Positions 9,744 to 19,589 of a DNA stretch of 64,000 nucleotides are shown here, in pieces (positions within the stretch are counted from its first letter, which is position 1; each line of letters opens with the position of its first letter). The stretch is from a virus, in the UHGV virus genome UHGV-2031204; one strand, 5' to 3'. Position numbers and translations under genes: made by a program. The notes under the pieces were generated by a model that saw only the letters and a list, made by a program, of their open reading frames with translations, ran no database searches and was not told the origin of the DNA.

Positions 9744-10183
9744 AACCAAATACTACTAACGGCATTATGCTACTTTGTGATTCTGAAACGTTAGCAAACC
9801 GTATTCGCGGTTTGATGCAAGTACGTTGGCAGCAAAAAGTTCTCGTGGATTACGATGCACCGTTTGTTCACATTACATGGTTGCCAGAAGCTAGTGATTT
9901 CAAAGAACGTATAACCACAAGAAGAATTAAAGAATGGTTATCGGCGATCATTAATAAACAGATTACCGTCATCAATTTCCAGTTGTTCGGTACCGCTGAA
10001 GAACATGAAATCTTAAAACAATGTTTAAGAGCGTTGGCTGTTTCCTTTTCTGTTCGTGGTAGCTGCTATACGGCTTACTTTATCGGTTCACTTGAGCTGT
10101 TTAAGAATACGCTAATGCTTCAGCTAAAAGATGACTACAAACTTTTAGATAAAATCGATTTCGAATTCCCAGGTATGATTTAA
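9740..10183 (+). CDS. Hypothetical protein
   Basis: 147-aa ORF, start overlaps upstream stop (translational coupling). Confidence 0.5.
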   Translation: MKPNTTNGIMLLCDSETLANRIRGLMQVRWQQKVLVDYDAPFVHITWLPEASDFKERITTRRIKEWLSAIINKQITVINFQLFGTAEEHEILKQCLRALAVSFSVRGSCYTAYFIGSLELFKNTLMLQLKDDYKLLDKIDFEFPGMI

Positions 10184-10194
10184 GGAACTATAAC

Positions 10195-11040
10195 ATGTTA
10201 CAGTTCGAACTCACCGAAGAAGAAAAAGTCATCACCAAGTTTAAAATTTCCCCTATCCCTACTGAAGAACAAATTAAGGAAATCGCTGAGCTACAAAAAA
10301 CGTACACTTTTTACTATAAAGTTAAATCGGAAACATTTAACATTTTCTGGGTAGAAGGTGATGTCGATTTTCCTAACAAACTCATTAGTGCGATTACGGA
10401 TATTTTAGTACGGTCTGTTGAGGTGTCTAAAGATCCAGAATTACCAGAACAGTCGACTTGTGGGCTAATGGACAAGCCAACTATGAAAGACACCGCTCGT
10501 TACACAAGCGAGTTTCCACTTACCCCTAAACAAGCAGATAAAATTGAACCAATACTACACCATTTTTTCAGCGATAAATTCACGTATGTGATTGAAGACA
10601 ACGTGCTTAAAGCGAGCTATAAATATACTGGTTATCGTGCTCTTATAGATCAACTATTGAAAGATATAGAGGACGAGAATATTCTGCTATTTACCGTTGA
10701 AAATATCACAGAAGCCGATGCTGATGAGCTTATTATCCGAGCCGTGGATGTTGAAAAAGAACTCGGTGGGTTTATAATTTGTCAAAGCAAGTATTTTAAA
10801 GATAATTTACATCTCCTGATCAGAAACAAACCGCGGTTTCTTAAAGCTTTGAAAACTCATGTGCGGGAAATTAAGAGATGTAATGAATCTTTTAAACACG
10901 TTTTCGAGAAATACGAAAAGGAAGTCAGCGAACGTCTTTCACGCCACCTTTTTGGGGAGTTCGAAAAACACGTTGACAAATACGCCCAGTTGTTTGATAA
11001 GTTTTGTAACGAGATGAGAGAAATTCGAAATCTTAAATAA
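10195..11040 (+). CDS. Hypothetical protein
   Basis: 281-aa ORF in tight co-directional array. Confidence 0.5.
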   Translation: MLQFELTEEEKVITKFKISPIPTEEQIKEIAELQKTYTFYYKVKSETFNIFWVEGDVDFPNKLISAITDILVRSVEVSKDPELPEQSTCGLMDKPTMKDTARYTSEFPLTPKQADKIEPILHHFFSDKFTYVIEDNVLKASYKYTGYRALIDQLLKDIEDENILLFTVENITEADADELIIRAVDVEKELGGFIICQSKYFKDNLHLLIRNKPRFLKALKTHVREIKRCNESFKHVFEKYEKEVSERLSRHLFGEFEKHVDKYAQLFDKFCNEMREIRNLK

Positions 11041-11082
11041 CGAAGGCTTAAACACCACACCATCTACCTAAAGGAGCATTAA

Positions 11083-11598
11083 ATGTCAGTAAATATTAAC
11101 ATGAATCTTTATACTAAACGTGAACGTCAGATTCTGGCGAATCAACCTGGCGTTACTGCCATCGACGGTAAACCTATTGACCGTTTAAAAGTTATCGTTG
11201 CGCGAAATTGCCATGAACGCGATTGGGATATCACCTACTTCCGTTGCTGTTCGGTCGCAAACGCGCTTACCCAACTCTCCAACTATCACCCAGGACCGCT
11301 ATTAAAAGACTGGGTTTGGTTAGTCCCTAAAACTCCCTCAGCAATTGAGTATCCCGCTGGGTTAGTCTATATTCGACCTGTCGCTTACCCAGAACGTCTG
11401 AAAGAGTATCTTGAAGTTATCTGGAACCGCCCTCGTAAAGAGCTGGTGTCGATTATTAATTTACTGCAACAGATCGATATCCCCGGTGTTTTGAATTTGA
11501 AACTCACGTCTCGCGATATTAACCAGGCTTACTGGGAACTGGAGTGGACTGAACCGAAATTCGAAAACACTAACCGTATTTTCTTGCACCGGGGGTAA
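11083..11598 (+). CDS. Hypothetical protein
   Basis: 171-aa ORF, RBS AAAGGAG. Confidence 0.5.
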   Translation: MSVNINMNLYTKRERQILANQPGVTAIDGKPIDRLKVIVARNCHERDWDITYFRCCSVANALTQLSNYHPGPLLKDWVWLVPKTPSAIEYPAGLVYIRPVAYPERLKEYLEVIWNRPRKELVSIINLLQQIDIPGVLNLKLTSRDINQAYWELEWTEPKFENTNRIFLHRG

Positions 11599-11600
11599 AA

Positions 11601-11882
11601 ATGTTAGATTGGTTGTTGGGGTTAATTAACTCACGTCAACAGGAGCTTTATAAAGAAAACACGCGATTACGGCAGGAACTTAGTAACAATCGCCAAACCA
11701 AACGACAATTAATTCGGATGGTAAAACAACAGGCGCGTTGTATACGGGATATCGATTATCAGTATCACCGTCTGAATACCTTAGACCCAACAACAAAAGC
11801 TTTAGGCAGTACGATTGGACATGCACGTAAAGTCAGTCACGATGCGTTAGTTCGATTAGATACAATAGAAGAGAAACTGTGA
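11601..11882 (+). CDS. Hypothetical small coiled-coil protein
   Basis: 93-aa ORF, heptad-like basic/Gln-rich sequence; followed by hairpin CTCTCCCTCGG-GAACG-CCGAGGGAG. Confidence 0.45.
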   Translation: MLDWLLGLINSRQQELYKENTRLRQELSNNRQTKRQLIRMVKQQARCIRDIDYQYHRLNTLDPTTKALGSTIGHARKVSHDALVRLDTIEEKL

Positions 11883-11925
11883 TTAGCTCTCCCTCGGGAA
11901 CGCCGAGGGAGATAAGGTGATTTAC

Positions 11926-12315
11926 ATGATGTGTTTATTTTACTTAAAAAGGCGTTTGTCATTAAAAGCCCAACTGTTTGTTAACGGGAAAGTTAAAAAC
12001 TGGCTGTGTGGTAAAAGAGTACAATATGTCGTTAAAGAAGGCGACTGGTATACGGAGGTTGTGACTTCCCCTAACGGTGAACTTATAAACGTTACTATTC
12101 GTGACGTTATGGTTAAGGTTGGCAGGGGAGGCGGTCGGTTGTTTGAATCGGAAACTATAAGAGTCGCTGCTAAACAATTGAAAGAAGGTCGAGTTATATT
12201 CAACTCTACTGCCCAGAAATACTACGACAATTTATTCGAGTGTCAACGAGCAATGGAGAGAATGACCCGTGAGATGCGAAAAATGCACATCACGGAGATC
12301 ACTATAGGAGTTTAA
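11926..12315 (+). CDS. Hypothetical protein
   Basis: Track ORF 11917..12315; ATG at 11926 sits 6 nt after RBS AAGGTG. Confidence 0.45.
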   Translation: MMCLFYLKRRLSLKAQLFVNGKVKNWLCGKRVQYVVKEGDWYTEVVTSPNGELINVTIRDVMVKVGRGGGRLFESETIRVAAKQLKEGRVIFNSTAQKYYDNLFECQRAMERMTREMRKMHITEITIGV

Positions 12316-12317
12316 CG

Positions 12318-12626
12318 ATGGAAAGTAAAATCACAAACACATCGGTACCTGAGAACATTGTCAACTATATTCTCCGCGGTGGGTTGTTAGAAGACAACAA
12401 AGAAACGTGCGATAAACTCGTTTCTCAACTACTGCCTATTCGTTCAGAATACTGCGAAATCGTTATCTTAGGTTCCGAGTATTGCGTACGCTCTTACTGC
12501 CGTCGTTTCGAAGCCTTACGCGTACCTCGTACGTTAGGCGGCGTGATCTTGCTGATTTCGTCTTTTCAAGACGCTCATGTGCGTGTGGCGACCTGGATTG
12601 CCAAAGGAGGCGATAGTGGTTTTTAA
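12318..12626 (+). CDS. Hypothetical Cys-containing small protein
   Basis: 102-aa ORF. Confidence 0.45.
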   Translation: MESKITNTSVPENIVNYILRGGLLEDNKETCDKLVSQLLPIRSEYCEIVILGSEYCVRSYCRRFEALRVPRTLGGVILLISSFQDAHVRVATWIAKGGDSGF

Positions 12627-12924
12627 ATTGCTAGGTTTTGGAAAATGCAAAGCGTGCGCAGAGCACGAAGAATTTATCAAGCTATTAGAAGAAACAGTTG
12701 AAACACAACAAGAACTTATCTCTGAATACCGTGCGAAAACAGGTTCAGTAGAATATTTGACTGTTCTCGTTTGTGCTATTGCTGAATTGGGTTGCGAGGG
12801 TAAATTGCCTAAAGAGGAGATATTAAAACTATTAAAAGAAAAAACGTCGTTTTACCGTAAAGATATTGAAGACTGTAAACGTGAGATTATAAGAGCGAAT
12901 TGGGAGATTATCAATGAAGCGTGA
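12616..12924 (+). CDS. Hypothetical protein with CKAC motif
   Basis: GTG at 12616 preceded by AAAGGAGG; track start 12577 would overlap upstream gene by 50 nt. Confidence 0.4.
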   Translation: MVFKLLGFGKCKACAEHEEFIKLLEETVETQQELISEYRAKTGSVEYLTVLVCAIAELGCEGKLPKEEILKLLKEKTSFYRKDIEDCKREIIRANWEIINEA

Positions 12925-13195
12925 AACTATTGTATTTTGTCAAAACGGTGATGTAAAACAGTACCGGGGTAAGAAGTTAATTCGTACGTTAGATTATCGT
13001 GAAGCAAAACGTTTCGTTGAAGAGTGCGCGTGGTTAATGCATTACGAAGGGAACTATCGTGCCATCTTAGAAGCGCCGCGTTTAGAACGTGCAGTTGCAC
13101 AGATGGCAATAGGTAATCCTAAGAACTGTTACCTGGCACGCAAACCAAAATACCTACAGCGTGTCTCGCTAGGCAGTTTTATTGCGGGATTTTAA
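12914..13195 (+). CDS. Hypothetical protein
   Basis: 93-aa ORF overlapping upstream stop. Confidence 0.45.
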   Translation: MKRETIVFCQNGDVKQYRGKKLIRTLDYREAKRFVEECAWLMHYEGNYRAILEAPRLERAVAQMAIGNPKNCYLARKPKYLQRVSLGSFIAGF

Positions 13196-13204
13196 TAAAA
13201 ATAA

Positions 13205-13247
13205 TTTCAGATATATATTACTTAGGTGAGAGTACAAAAGCTCTCAC
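13205..13247 (+). promoter_or_regulatory. Conserved promoter-like motif plus 5'-UTR hairpin (copy 2 of 4)
   Basis: TTTCAGATATATATTACTTAGGTGAGAGTACAAAAGCTCTCAC; near-identical over ~75 bp to 49700-49776. Confidence 0.5.
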
Positions 13248-13275
13248 TTAACGAACCATTTTAGGAGAATATACC

Positions 13276-13770
13276 ATGAACTTCACTAAACTTGATTACA
13301 CTAACGAATTAGTCGACAAAGAAAAATACAAATTCACAGTTGACTTGGGTTATGGGCTGTGGGACGTAGAAAAAGACGTCCTATACAAAGAATTCCGTGA
13401 GCAGTTCGGTGCTTTGTTCTGCGCAGGTTTCCGTAGAAACTCTATCGATGTCGGTTATAGCGCAACACCGTATACCGACGAAGAAATGTTTAAGCTGATA
13501 ACAGAGATTGTCGGAACACGTGTAGCCAAACGTCTTAACTATTCCAACGAACTTGTTTCGAAAGACCATTACAAATTCACCGTTAGATTACACGTACCCC
13601 TCACCGAAGAAGATAAGAATACACTCTATAAAGCCCTACAAACCGAATTCGGTAAAACACTCAAAGTCGGGTTCCGTAGTCGTAGTATCGACATCGGCAT
13701 TAGCGTAGACTTGTGCAGTGACGATGACCTTTACGAATTAGTTTCGGAAGTTATCAGAAAACATCTCTAA
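13276..13770 (+). CDS. Hypothetical protein built from two tandem ~80-aa internal repeats
   Basis: LDYTNELVDKEKYKFTVDLGY…GFRRNSIDVGYS versus LNYSNELVSKDHYKFTVRLHV…GFRSRSIDIGIS. Confidence 0.55.
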   Translation: MNFTKLDYTNELVDKEKYKFTVDLGYGLWDVEKDVLYKEFREQFGALFCAGFRRNSIDVGYSATPYTDEEMFKLITEIVGTRVAKRLNYSNELVSKDHYKFTVRLHVPLTEEDKNTLYKALQTEFGKTLKVGFRSRSIDIGISVDLCSDDDLYELVSEVIRKHL

Positions 13771-13825
13771 GCATAAATCAACTCATTATCACTTCGACAT
13801 GTAAAAACTAAAAAGGAAGATAAAA

Positions 13826-14602
13826 ATGAAAACTGTTGAGTTTAAAAATAACAGTCTTTGGGCATACTCGCACATCATTACGAGTTTCCTGAAAAACGTT
13901 ACTTCGCACCTCGCTTATCAGTTTTGTGGAAATGAGCTCACTATCGGTGGTTTTAACGAGGAAGAATTAAAACGTGCAAAAGAGTTCATTGACGATGTTC
14001 TTCATGGCGACGCGACGTGTTTAGTTGCGAGTTACGTTGCTAAAGACAAAGGAAGATTAAACATCATGGCAATCTTCAGGGCACACTCCGAGAAAGTATA
14101 CGAAGTTGAGAAGGTTAGTCATGGTGTTTATATTGTTTACTTTAAACGTTCAGCGGAGAAAAACGCTGATAAACTTCTGGAGTATTTCGACTGTAACCCA
14201 GGGGAAGGTATGGATGTCTATACGCTCGGTTATGATGGGGTACCTCACCGGAATAACCTTATTCGTATTGACGAACCTTTTTCAGTCAATGATAGCTCCA
14301 CGCCTATAGAGTTGGTTCTGGTATACAAAGATCGTTTCGCGCATTACGATTCTGATACTATTCAACGTGTCCTGAACAACGTTAATATTCAGTTTTCACA
14401 AACCGAGCACCTGGTACGTGCTTGTGTTAGGTCTAATGGCACAACATCATTTTTCCTCGAACGTCAAATCGTTTGGCAGACTTATCTGGCTTTGATGGAA
14501 GAACTCGATAGGATCGAACCAGTTCAGGTTGGTACAAATTGCTTATATTGGATAAAAACAACGGGGTTCAAGAATGAAAATACTCAATTCAGATTTGCGT
14601 GA
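13826..14602 (+). CDS. Hypothetical protein
   Basis: 258-aa ORF, RBS AAAGGAAG. Confidence 0.5.
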   Translation: MKTVEFKNNSLWAYSHIITSFLKNVTSHLAYQFCGNELTIGGFNEEELKRAKEFIDDVLHGDATCLVASYVAKDKGRLNIMAIFRAHSEKVYEVEKVSHGVYIVYFKRSAEKNADKLLEYFDCNPGEGMDVYTLGYDGVPHRNNLIRIDEPFSVNDSSTPIELVLVYKDRFAHYDSDTIQRVLNNVNIQFSQTEHLVRACVRSNGTTSFFLERQIVWQTYLALMEELDRIEPVQVGTNCLYWIKTTGFKNENTQFRFA

Positions 14603-15002
14603 TTATATCCGTAAGTACCCAGCCAGTATTCCTGTACTGGCTTCACTTACGCTTTCAGGTACTGACGTTAACGTCTTAACTGTGGAACAATTTCACGAGA
14701 TAATAAAAACCGCTTATAACTCCATTACCGCAACCTCAGTACGTAAACGTTGCGATTATCCCGACGGTCCTTTCGGGACAGAGATGTTCACAGACTACGC
14801 AGTTGCGTTTCTGTTAGGACGACACTGTCTCGATAAACTTAACACTGCTGTAGAAGGGGAAACAGTGACGGAAATAGTCAACGCTTGGCAGCAACGTATT
14901 CTGAGCGACCCTTACTGCCGCCAGGCGTTAAAACGAATGTCCACAACGGCGATTACAAACGACCAGCGTGCTTTAGAGTTCTTTAAGCACAATTACAGCT
15001 AA
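14574..15002 (+). CDS. Hypothetical protein, paralog of 16195..16626
   Basis: N-termini align (LNSDLRDYIRKYPASIPVLA vs LNDEIRNYIRNNPIALGVLA). Confidence 0.5.
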   Translation: MKILNSDLRDYIRKYPASIPVLASLTLSGTDVNVLTVEQFHEIIKTAYNSITATSVRKRCDYPDGPFGTEMFTDYAVAFLLGRHCLDKLNTAVEGETVTEIVNAWQQRILSDPYCRQALKRMSTTAITNDQRALEFFKHNYS

Positions 15003-15024
15003 TTTACCAAAAGGAAAAAATGAC

Positions 15025-16125
15025 ATGTTTAATATCGAAATTACCCCGCTCGTTAAAACTGAAATCCGTCCGGTTCCTGAAGCACAGTTACTTGATCAAC
15101 TTTATCGCATATTCCTGGATAAAGGTGTACATTTCCGTGTAGAGCAGGTCAACGATGAAAGCATCGTATTCTACTGGACTCACACCAATGATTACCTTTA
15201 CACTATCGTGAAAGAAATCGGTGAGTTACTCAACCCGGTAGCCGAGAACGCCAAGGTAAAAGCGACCGAGGCTGAGCAACCGAAAGTCGATGGCCAGCAG
15301 TGGCCTGGCAATGATGACACGTCATACGTAAATCAATATGATGTCGAAACGATCGAGAAAATTAAAGAAGCATTAAATATCCTCTATCCCGACGCCTTAT
15401 ACATTAGTCAAAAATACGACATGTTGGCTTTCAGGATGAAGGAATTCGATCCTAAGATCATGAAAGCTATTCGCATCATCGTTTCTCTGATCGTCAAAGA
15501 CGCCGTTCGCCTTATTTCGGTTCGCGATATCGGAAAAGAAGACGCAGATGAAATCATGCGTGGTGCTGTTCACGAATACCAGGGGAAAATTCGTGGGTCT
15601 AATTATGTCGACGGCACTCTAACTGTGCTTGTTGATAATGATCCTGACGTTATTAAATGGTTCGAAGAACTGTATTCCTTTACTTACACTGGCCCAAAGG
15701 CCAAAGTGATTAATGATACATTGACAGCAATCTACTCTAGCAGGGTAGAAACTAAACTCGAGAGCGAACGACTCACCATTAAGTTCCAGTTAGGTGACCT
15801 TTCCTTGCAAGATGAAATTCATAGCCTCATTGATGAGTTTGTTAACAACCGCCTACGTCTTCTAACGATCAATACTATCGGGGAAGAAGATGCTGATCTG
15901 TTTATGGGCGAGATTCTTCACACGTTTCCTGAGAAAGTCCGTCAGTGGACTTACACAGACAATACACTTACCATTCTACTCAACTATGAACCTGGCCTTA
16001 TTAAAAATTTAGAACGCCGTCTAGAGGATTTGTCGCTCAAACGTTTTCTTAAAGATGGCGCGCGTTCAGTCCTTAAAGGATTATTTTCTGATTGCAACTG
16101 CCCTATTTGCCAGAAGCATCGCTAA
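15025..16125 (+). CDS. Hypothetical protein with internal duplication and C-terminal CNCPIC motif
   Basis: 366-aa ORF; repeats around IGKEDADEIMRG / IGEEDADLFMGE. Confidence 0.55.
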   Translation: MFNIEITPLVKTEIRPVPEAQLLDQLYRIFLDKGVHFRVEQVNDESIVFYWTHTNDYLYTIVKEIGELLNPVAENAKVKATEAEQPKVDGQQWPGNDDTSYVNQYDVETIEKIKEALNILYPDALYISQKYDMLAFRMKEFDPKIMKAIRIIVSLIVKDAVRLISVRDIGKEDADEIMRGAVHEYQGKIRGSNYVDGTLTVLVDNDPDVIKWFEELYSFTYTGPKAKVINDTLTAIYSSRVETKLESERLTIKFQLGDLSLQDEIHSLIDEFVNNRLRLLTINTIGEEDADLFMGEILHTFPEKVRQWTYTDNTLTILLNYEPGLIKNLERRLEDLSLKRFLKDGARSVLKGLFSDCNCPICQKHR

Positions 16126-16143
16126 TTAACTAAATTCGTACAA

Positions 16144-16175
16144 GGGGTGGTTTACCACCCCTCTATTATTGTATT
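16144..16175 (+). terminator. Putative terminator
   Basis: GGGGTGGTTTACCACCCC followed by T-rich tract. Confidence 0.5.
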
Positions 16176-16194
16176 TACCTAAAGGAGTATTAAA

Positions 16195-16626
16195 ATGTTT
16201 TTCGTATTAAATGATGAAATCCGTAACTACATTCGTAACAACCCTATTGCTCTGGGCGTTTTAGCAGGTTTCTGTCGTCCAAATACTGATTTCGATTTAG
16301 TTAAGTTAGAAGAATATCAGGAAATTGTGAATACTAACTACATGCACATCTGTAGCTGGGGTAAACGTCCTCGCGAAGAGTACCCTGTAGGTGAGTTAGG
16401 TGACACTATGCATCGTGACCAGAATCTGATGCACGAATTCGTTGAATACACACTGGAAAATCTTAACTATCCGCTTCTGGTCGACACTGTACCAGAAATG
16501 GTTGACGAATGGTTAAGTCGTGTTTACAATGACCGTACTGCCAGCACTCTACTGAGTCAGATGTCGCAAACTTCTCGCGATATCGATACCCGGACCCTGA
16601 TGTACTTAGCACACAACGTTCGTTAA
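16195..16626 (+). CDS. Hypothetical protein, paralog of 14574..15002
   Basis: 143-aa ORF, RBS AAAGGAG. Confidence 0.5.
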   Translation: MFFVLNDEIRNYIRNNPIALGVLAGFCRPNTDFDLVKLEEYQEIVNTNYMHICSWGKRPREEYPVGELGDTMHRDQNLMHEFVEYTLENLNYPLLVDTVPEMVDEWLSRVYNDRTASTLLSQMSQTSRDIDTRTLMYLAHNVR

Positions 16627-16633
16627 GCTCTCA

Positions 16634-16680
16634 CCGCTATAGACTTCGGTCTATAGCGGAATTAATTTTCTTTCCCTTTT
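16634..16680 (+). terminator. Rho-independent terminator
   Basis: CCGCTATAGAC-TTCG-GTCTATAGCGG followed by T-rich run. Confidence 0.7.
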
Positions 16681-16792
16681 CTTTTTTGTTATTTTGACGC
16701 TACTTTGCTTACCCTCTACTCGACTATTCCTATGCTGGCTGAGGGATGTAAAACAACCTCTTAAACCTTTTTACTTATTGTGAGTTAACGCG

Positions 16793-17641
16793 ATGTCTCT
16801 TACGTCAAAACAGAAACTGCTAAAACTCATCAACACTGAAAACAATATTGTTCCGCCATTGACCTTCAGTGATGTTGATATCGGCGAACCTACTGGTACT
16901 GGGGTTGATACCCAGGTGGTTCTGACTTCTAAACTCAAAGGCGACGAGTCTACTACTTTAACGGTGACTTACCATCGTCGTAATTTGCCCGAATACCTAA
17001 CAGGTGAGTTGGTATTCGGTAACGACGGTGTTGTAACCGCTGCAGATTTGCTTAATGCGATCAACGCAAAATACGATTTAAATATTCTGCCGTCGGATAT
17101 CGTTGATGCGAAAGTTGAAGGTAAAACCCATCAGCTTACCGCTAACGAGAAATCCTACGAGTGGTGTGGCGAAGTAACACTTACGCTACGCGATCCTATT
17201 GATCTGGCTAAACTGTTACCTGTTACTCAATTAGAAAACCTGGTAGAGTATCCGTCCACTAAGAAAGGTAACGCGGCAGTTTATTCTTATCCGATTGATT
17301 TCACCGCAGAAAAAGATTACCTTGATCCTATTACCATTAACGACACCGTCGACCTGGCCGAGTTAGCCACTAAACTGACTAACGTCGTTGATGAGAAATG
17401 GGTAAGTGTACCTAAGAACGCTGCTAATAACCTGTACGGTGCTAAGGTTATCTACGATGGCCCTACCGCAGGTTTCGAAGGTGCAAATACGAAGTACACG
17501 CGTGTGCTGGTACTCACCCTAAGCGGTATGTGTTCTAACCTGACCGGTAAACTGTTAATTCACTTTAACGGAACCGATCGTCCGAAGTCGAAGATTGAAT
17601 TAGCCAAGACTAATTCGGTCTTACCGGGATTCTTAGATTAA
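16793..17641 (+). CDS. Member of a four-paralog family of small proteins, possibly virion-associated
   Basis: 282 aa; N-terminal pattern shared with 17655, 20822, 21430. Confidence 0.55.
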   Translation: MSLTSKQKLLKLINTENNIVPPLTFSDVDIGEPTGTGVDTQVVLTSKLKGDESTTLTVTYHRRNLPEYLTGELVFGNDGVVTAADLLNAINAKYDLNILPSDIVDAKVEGKTHQLTANEKSYEWCGEVTLTLRDPIDLAKLLPVTQLENLVEYPSTKKGNAAVYSYPIDFTAEKDYLDPITINDTVDLAELATKLTNVVDEKWVSVPKNAANNLYGAKVIYDGPTAGFEGANTKYTRVLVLTLSGMCSNLTGKLLIHFNGTDRPKSKIELAKTNSVLPGFLD

Positions 17642-17654
17642 GAGGATTACAGTA

Positions 17655-18152
17655 ATGACCAGTCAAGAAACTATCTTCGACCTTATTAAAAAGGCTAACC
17701 CAGACGCTGAGTTCGACACCGCCAAAGTCACGCTGGGCGATCCGGTTGTGACCACCGGTACTTACAACACCGAAATTACGGTTGCGTCAATTAAGAATCT
17801 CGGTTACACTAACGAACAAACGTTCCAGTATAACCGTATTGACGCAGGTTTATATTTCCTGAACGTATTACCGAAGCTGTTGGTAGAATCTGCAACGACT
17901 ACCGCTGACTTACTGCCCGTCATTAACGAGCAGTACAGCCTAACCCTTACAGAAGACGACGTGTGGGTAGAGCAGGTCGGCGAGTTACCGTTAGACGGTA
18001 GCGCAATCGAACACGGTATTTTCTTCCGCCCTGAATGTTTAACCTGGGTAGGAGGTTTTACGGTGCGCGTTGCACGTAAAACTGCTGAAGATGCTGAACC
18101 TGCGCCAAAAGCAGCTAAAGCACGTACAACTCGTGCACGAAAATCCAAGTAA
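17655..18152 (+). CDS. Paralog-family member with basic Ala/Lys-rich C-terminal tail
   Basis: 165 aa; ends …EPAPKAAKARTTRARKSK. Confidence 0.55.
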   Translation: MTSQETIFDLIKKANPDAEFDTAKVTLGDPVVTTGTYNTEITVASIKNLGYTNEQTFQYNRIDAGLYFLNVLPKLLVESATTTADLLPVINEQYSLTLTEDDVWVEQVGELPLDGSAIEHGIFFRPECLTWVGGFTVRVARKTAEDAEPAPKAAKARTTRARKSK

Positions 18153-18157
18153 GATTT

Positions 18158-18193
18158 GGGTGGGGTAAAACCCACCCAACGTTTTTCTTTTTT
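18158..18193 (+). terminator. Rho-independent terminator
   Basis: GGGTGGGG-TAAAA-CCCCACCC plus T-run. Confidence 0.7.
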
Positions 18194-18216
18194 GTGTAAA
18201 ATGGGGGTTAAACAAA

Positions 18217-18807
18217 ATGGCTGAACGTTGGACTAAAGAAGGTATTATTGAATCCAAAACGGATTTAGAAGGCGGGTACGTCAACGACCCTGACGACTTA
18301 GGTGCAGAAACGAACCACGGTATCACGGTAACGACTGCACGTGAGTATGGTTATAAAGGGAAAATGAAAGACCTTACCCGTGCTCAAGCTTTTGACATTT
18401 ACGATCGTGGTTGGTGGAAGAAACTCAAACTCGATGAGATTTTTGCTATCTCGCCTTTACTGGCTGACCGGATGTTTGATTTCGGAATTAACGCAGGTCG
18501 TGCCAACTGCGTGAAATCGCTCCAGCGTATTCTCAACGTGTTGAACAACGAAGGTAAACTCTACGCGGACATCGATGCTGACGGTGGAATGGGGCCTAAA
18601 ACGCTGGGCGCGTTGAACGCGTATCTGAAATACCGTAAAGATAAAGGGTTAAGCATTTTAATCTTTGCGTTAATCTCGCACCAAGTAACTTACTACACGG
18701 AAATCTCCGAAAAACGTAAGAGAAACGAGAAATACACCTACGGCTGGTACGGCCGCGTGTTCAGAGAAATGGCAGATTATGCGGTGAAAGCGGGGTTAGT
18801 AAAATGA
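18217..18807 (+). CDS. Endolysin-like GH108 glycosidase with C-terminal peptidoglycan-binding region
   Basis: EGGYVNDPDDLGAETNHGIT matches the GH108 N-terminal signature. Confidence 0.8.
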   Translation: MAERWTKEGIIESKTDLEGGYVNDPDDLGAETNHGITVTTAREYGYKGKMKDLTRAQAFDIYDRGWWKKLKLDEIFAISPLLADRMFDFGINAGRANCVKSLQRILNVLNNEGKLYADIDADGGMGPKTLGALNAYLKYRKDKGLSILIFALISHQVTYYTEISEKRKRNEKYTYGWYGRVFREMADYAVKAGLVK

Positions 18808-18908
18808 ACTGGTTTGCTAAACTCTTAGTGTTATTGTGGAAAGCGTTAACGTTTGGTCGAAAACGTAAAGACGAAAAACGTGGGCAAGAATTCTTCTGGT
18901 TTTTGTAA
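18804..18908 (+). CDS. Small 34-aa hydrophobic/basic ORF overlapping the endolysin stop (possible lysis accessory protein)
   Basis: ATGA overlap at 18804; MNWFAKLLVLLWKALTFGRKRKDEKRGQEFFWFL; not in track (under 60 aa). Confidence 0.3.
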   Translation: MNWFAKLLVLLWKALTFGRKRKDEKRGQEFFWFL

Positions 18909-18923
18909 GGAAAGGTGTGGGTA

Positions 18924-19589
18924 ATGGAAAAGCTTCAATATAAACGTTTAGATAATAAGTGGTTTGTATTAACGGAGGATTACCATTATCCGTTTACGTT
19001 ACGTGAGATTTATCACGACCACGTACACTTAGACCGTGCGGTTTATTTAACCGGTGTATTACCTGACACGCAACTGTGGTTAACCGCTCCGAAAGGGTTC
19101 GTAACGGACTTAGCGTCGATACCCGAACGCTTACAGGGAATTTTCCATCCTGACGGGCCTTGGGCACCGGCTGCGTGTATTCACGACTTACTCTATCAAA
19201 AATGTAACACGGAGCGTAGCTATCCCATGACACCGGGTGGTAACGTTTCACGTATTATCGATAAAGAGTTCTCTGACTTAACATTCCTGCGTATTATGCA
19301 GTCGTTGGAAATCTCGCCTTATATCTGCCAAACATTTTATAAGGCCGTTGTTGAATTCGGCTGTGATGCCTACGTAGATCCTAATGCAAAACCATCCTAC
19401 AGCACTAACGCGTTTCGTACGTTAGATTACAATCGAAACTATTTATTCGTTCGTGAGTTTAGGGAACCTGCAATCCCTAACCACGAACGTATTGATATCA
19501 CCACAGAACAACCCGTTAATGTCAAATACCTGAACATCAAACGTGCTTTTCTGTCTGGGAGGGAAGATGTTTCATCCAAATCCGAGTAA
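18924..19589 (+). CDS. DUF1353-like protein
   Basis: GFVTDLASIPERL and IHDLLYQ motifs; ATG 18924 follows RBS GGAAAGGTG. Confidence 0.6.
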   Translation: MEKLQYKRLDNKWFVLTEDYHYPFTLREIYHDHVHLDRAVYLTGVLPDTQLWLTAPKGFVTDLASIPERLQGIFHPDGPWAPAACIHDLLYQKCNTERSYPMTPGGNVSRIIDKEFSDLTFLRIMQSLEISPYICQTFYKAVVEFGCDAYVDPNAKPSYSTNAFRTLDYNRNYLFVREFREPAIPNHERIDITTEQPVNVKYLNIKRAFLSGREDVSSKSE

